Source of the DNA: Somniosus microcephalus
Lineage: Eukaryota
Reading direction: 5' to 3'
Assembly: GCA_052327205.1 (NCBI GenBank)
Contig: CM126210.1
Coordinates: forward strand, 67,394,001 to 67,458,000
Length of the DNA: 64,000 bases
Made by a program: the position numbers and the translations under genes. Every line of letters starts with the position of its first letter. Position 1 is the stretch's first letter. Positions 63,181 to 64,000 of this stretch are shown piece by piece. Under the pieces are notes generated by a model. The model saw nothing but the letters and a program-made list of their open reading frames with translations. It did not search any database and was not told where the DNA came from.

Positions 63181-64000
63181 AAGTTTATTAATTGAAGTGA
63201 GCTTAATTTTTAAGTGTTTTTTAAACTGTTGGGGAGTTTAAACCGGAAGTAGAATTCGGGTATAAAAGGGGCGGGACTAGTGCTTGTGCACAGAGTGCTG
63301 TACATTGAGTGCTGCTAGAGTTTGGTAAGAGGGAGAGTTCAGGCAAGTGGGAGGTGAGGGTGTGTTTTTTGTTTTTTGTTCCCCACTCCCAGGCTTAGAC
63401 AGCACTGCGGAAGCGGAGCAGTGAAACGAGTCAACCAAACAGGCCCCACAGACAGTATTCAAGGAGGAAGTTGGTGATCAGCTGGTTGGTTGGTTTTCTT
63501 CCTTCTCTTTTATACCTTTAATTTGGTAAGTCCTATTGAATAGTGGTGTAATAGTATCAACTATATCGGGGCAGAGGGTCTTCATAACTAATAATGATAA
63601 ATTTAATTAATTACATAGATATGGGTGAACAGGTGATGTGTCACTGTTGCGAAATGCGGGAGCTGGTGGACCCCATTGATGCTCATGGTGATTACATTTG
63701 CGATAAGTGTTTGCTGCTAGAGGAACTCAAGCTCCATGTTAAAGAGCTTGAGACCGAACTTCAGACACTGCGACACATCAGGGAGGGGGAGAAGTTCCTG
63801 GACTCTATGTTTCAGGAGATGGTCACACCAATGAAATTAATTAATGCAGATGTAATCCATGGTCAGGGACAGGACGGTGTGACTATGAGTGAGGCAGGTA
63901 CAGGGATCCAGGAGGCAGTGTTGATGGAGCCGCAGCCCTTGCTCTTGTCAAGCAGGATCGAGGTTCTTACTTCCTGTGAGGGCGGGAGCGGGGACTGCAG
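63181..64000 (+). mobile_element. 5' part of a CR1 LINE (5' UTR plus start of ORF1), continuing beyond the window
   Basis: The satellite ends abruptly and a CR1 ORF1-like frame follows. Confidence 0.8.
63621..64000 (+). CDS. CR1 ORF1 N-terminus (partial)
   Basis: My translation: MGEQVMCHCCEMRE...YICDKCLLLEELKLHVKELETELQTLRHIREGEKFLDSMFQEMVTP...LSSR. It has the same CxxC-CxxC, coiled coil and VTP layout as the ORF1 at 10031. Confidence 0.82.
   Translation, partial: MGEQVMCHCCEMRELVDPIDAHGDYICDKCLLLEELKLHVKELETELQTLRHIREGEKFLDSMFQEMVTPMKLINADVIHGQGQDGVTMSEAGTGIQEAVLMEPQPLLLSSRIEVLTSCEGGSGDC

Overview
This window is vertebrate genomic DNA, most likely from a cartilaginous fish (inferred from HE1-like V-SINE, SacSINE1-like DeuSINE, CR1 and L2 repeats), and is almost entirely repeats. 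From left to right: (1) the right part of an autonomous-type PIF/Harbinger transposon, with a DDE transposase C-terminus on + and a three-exon Myb/SANT gene on -, ending in a TIR at 3130; (2) a ~17 kb array of a 45-bp satellite interrupted by a CR1 LINE with open ORFs that has lost its 3' end; (3) an inverted duplication of a unique segment carrying RFX X-box-like motifs and a strong splice donor, its right arm split by an L2 fragment holding a full-length Mag-clade Ty3/Gypsy element with identical LTRs but a broken ORF; (4) at least eight Harbinger-like MITEs, two of them nested in other MITEs, plus hAT-like MITEs; (5) a very homogeneous 38-bp minisatellite containing a V-SINE with telomeric repeats at its 5' junction; (6) a 35-bp satellite interrupted by a canonical non-autonomous Helitron (5'-TC...hairpin-CTAG-3', A|T site) that holds GA-rich repeats, a CR1 and an RTE-X-like 3' end; (7) the start of another CR1. 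I could not confidently identify any host protein-coding gene. There are no CRISPR or prokaryotic features. All family names come from motif recognition by eye, not from database searches.
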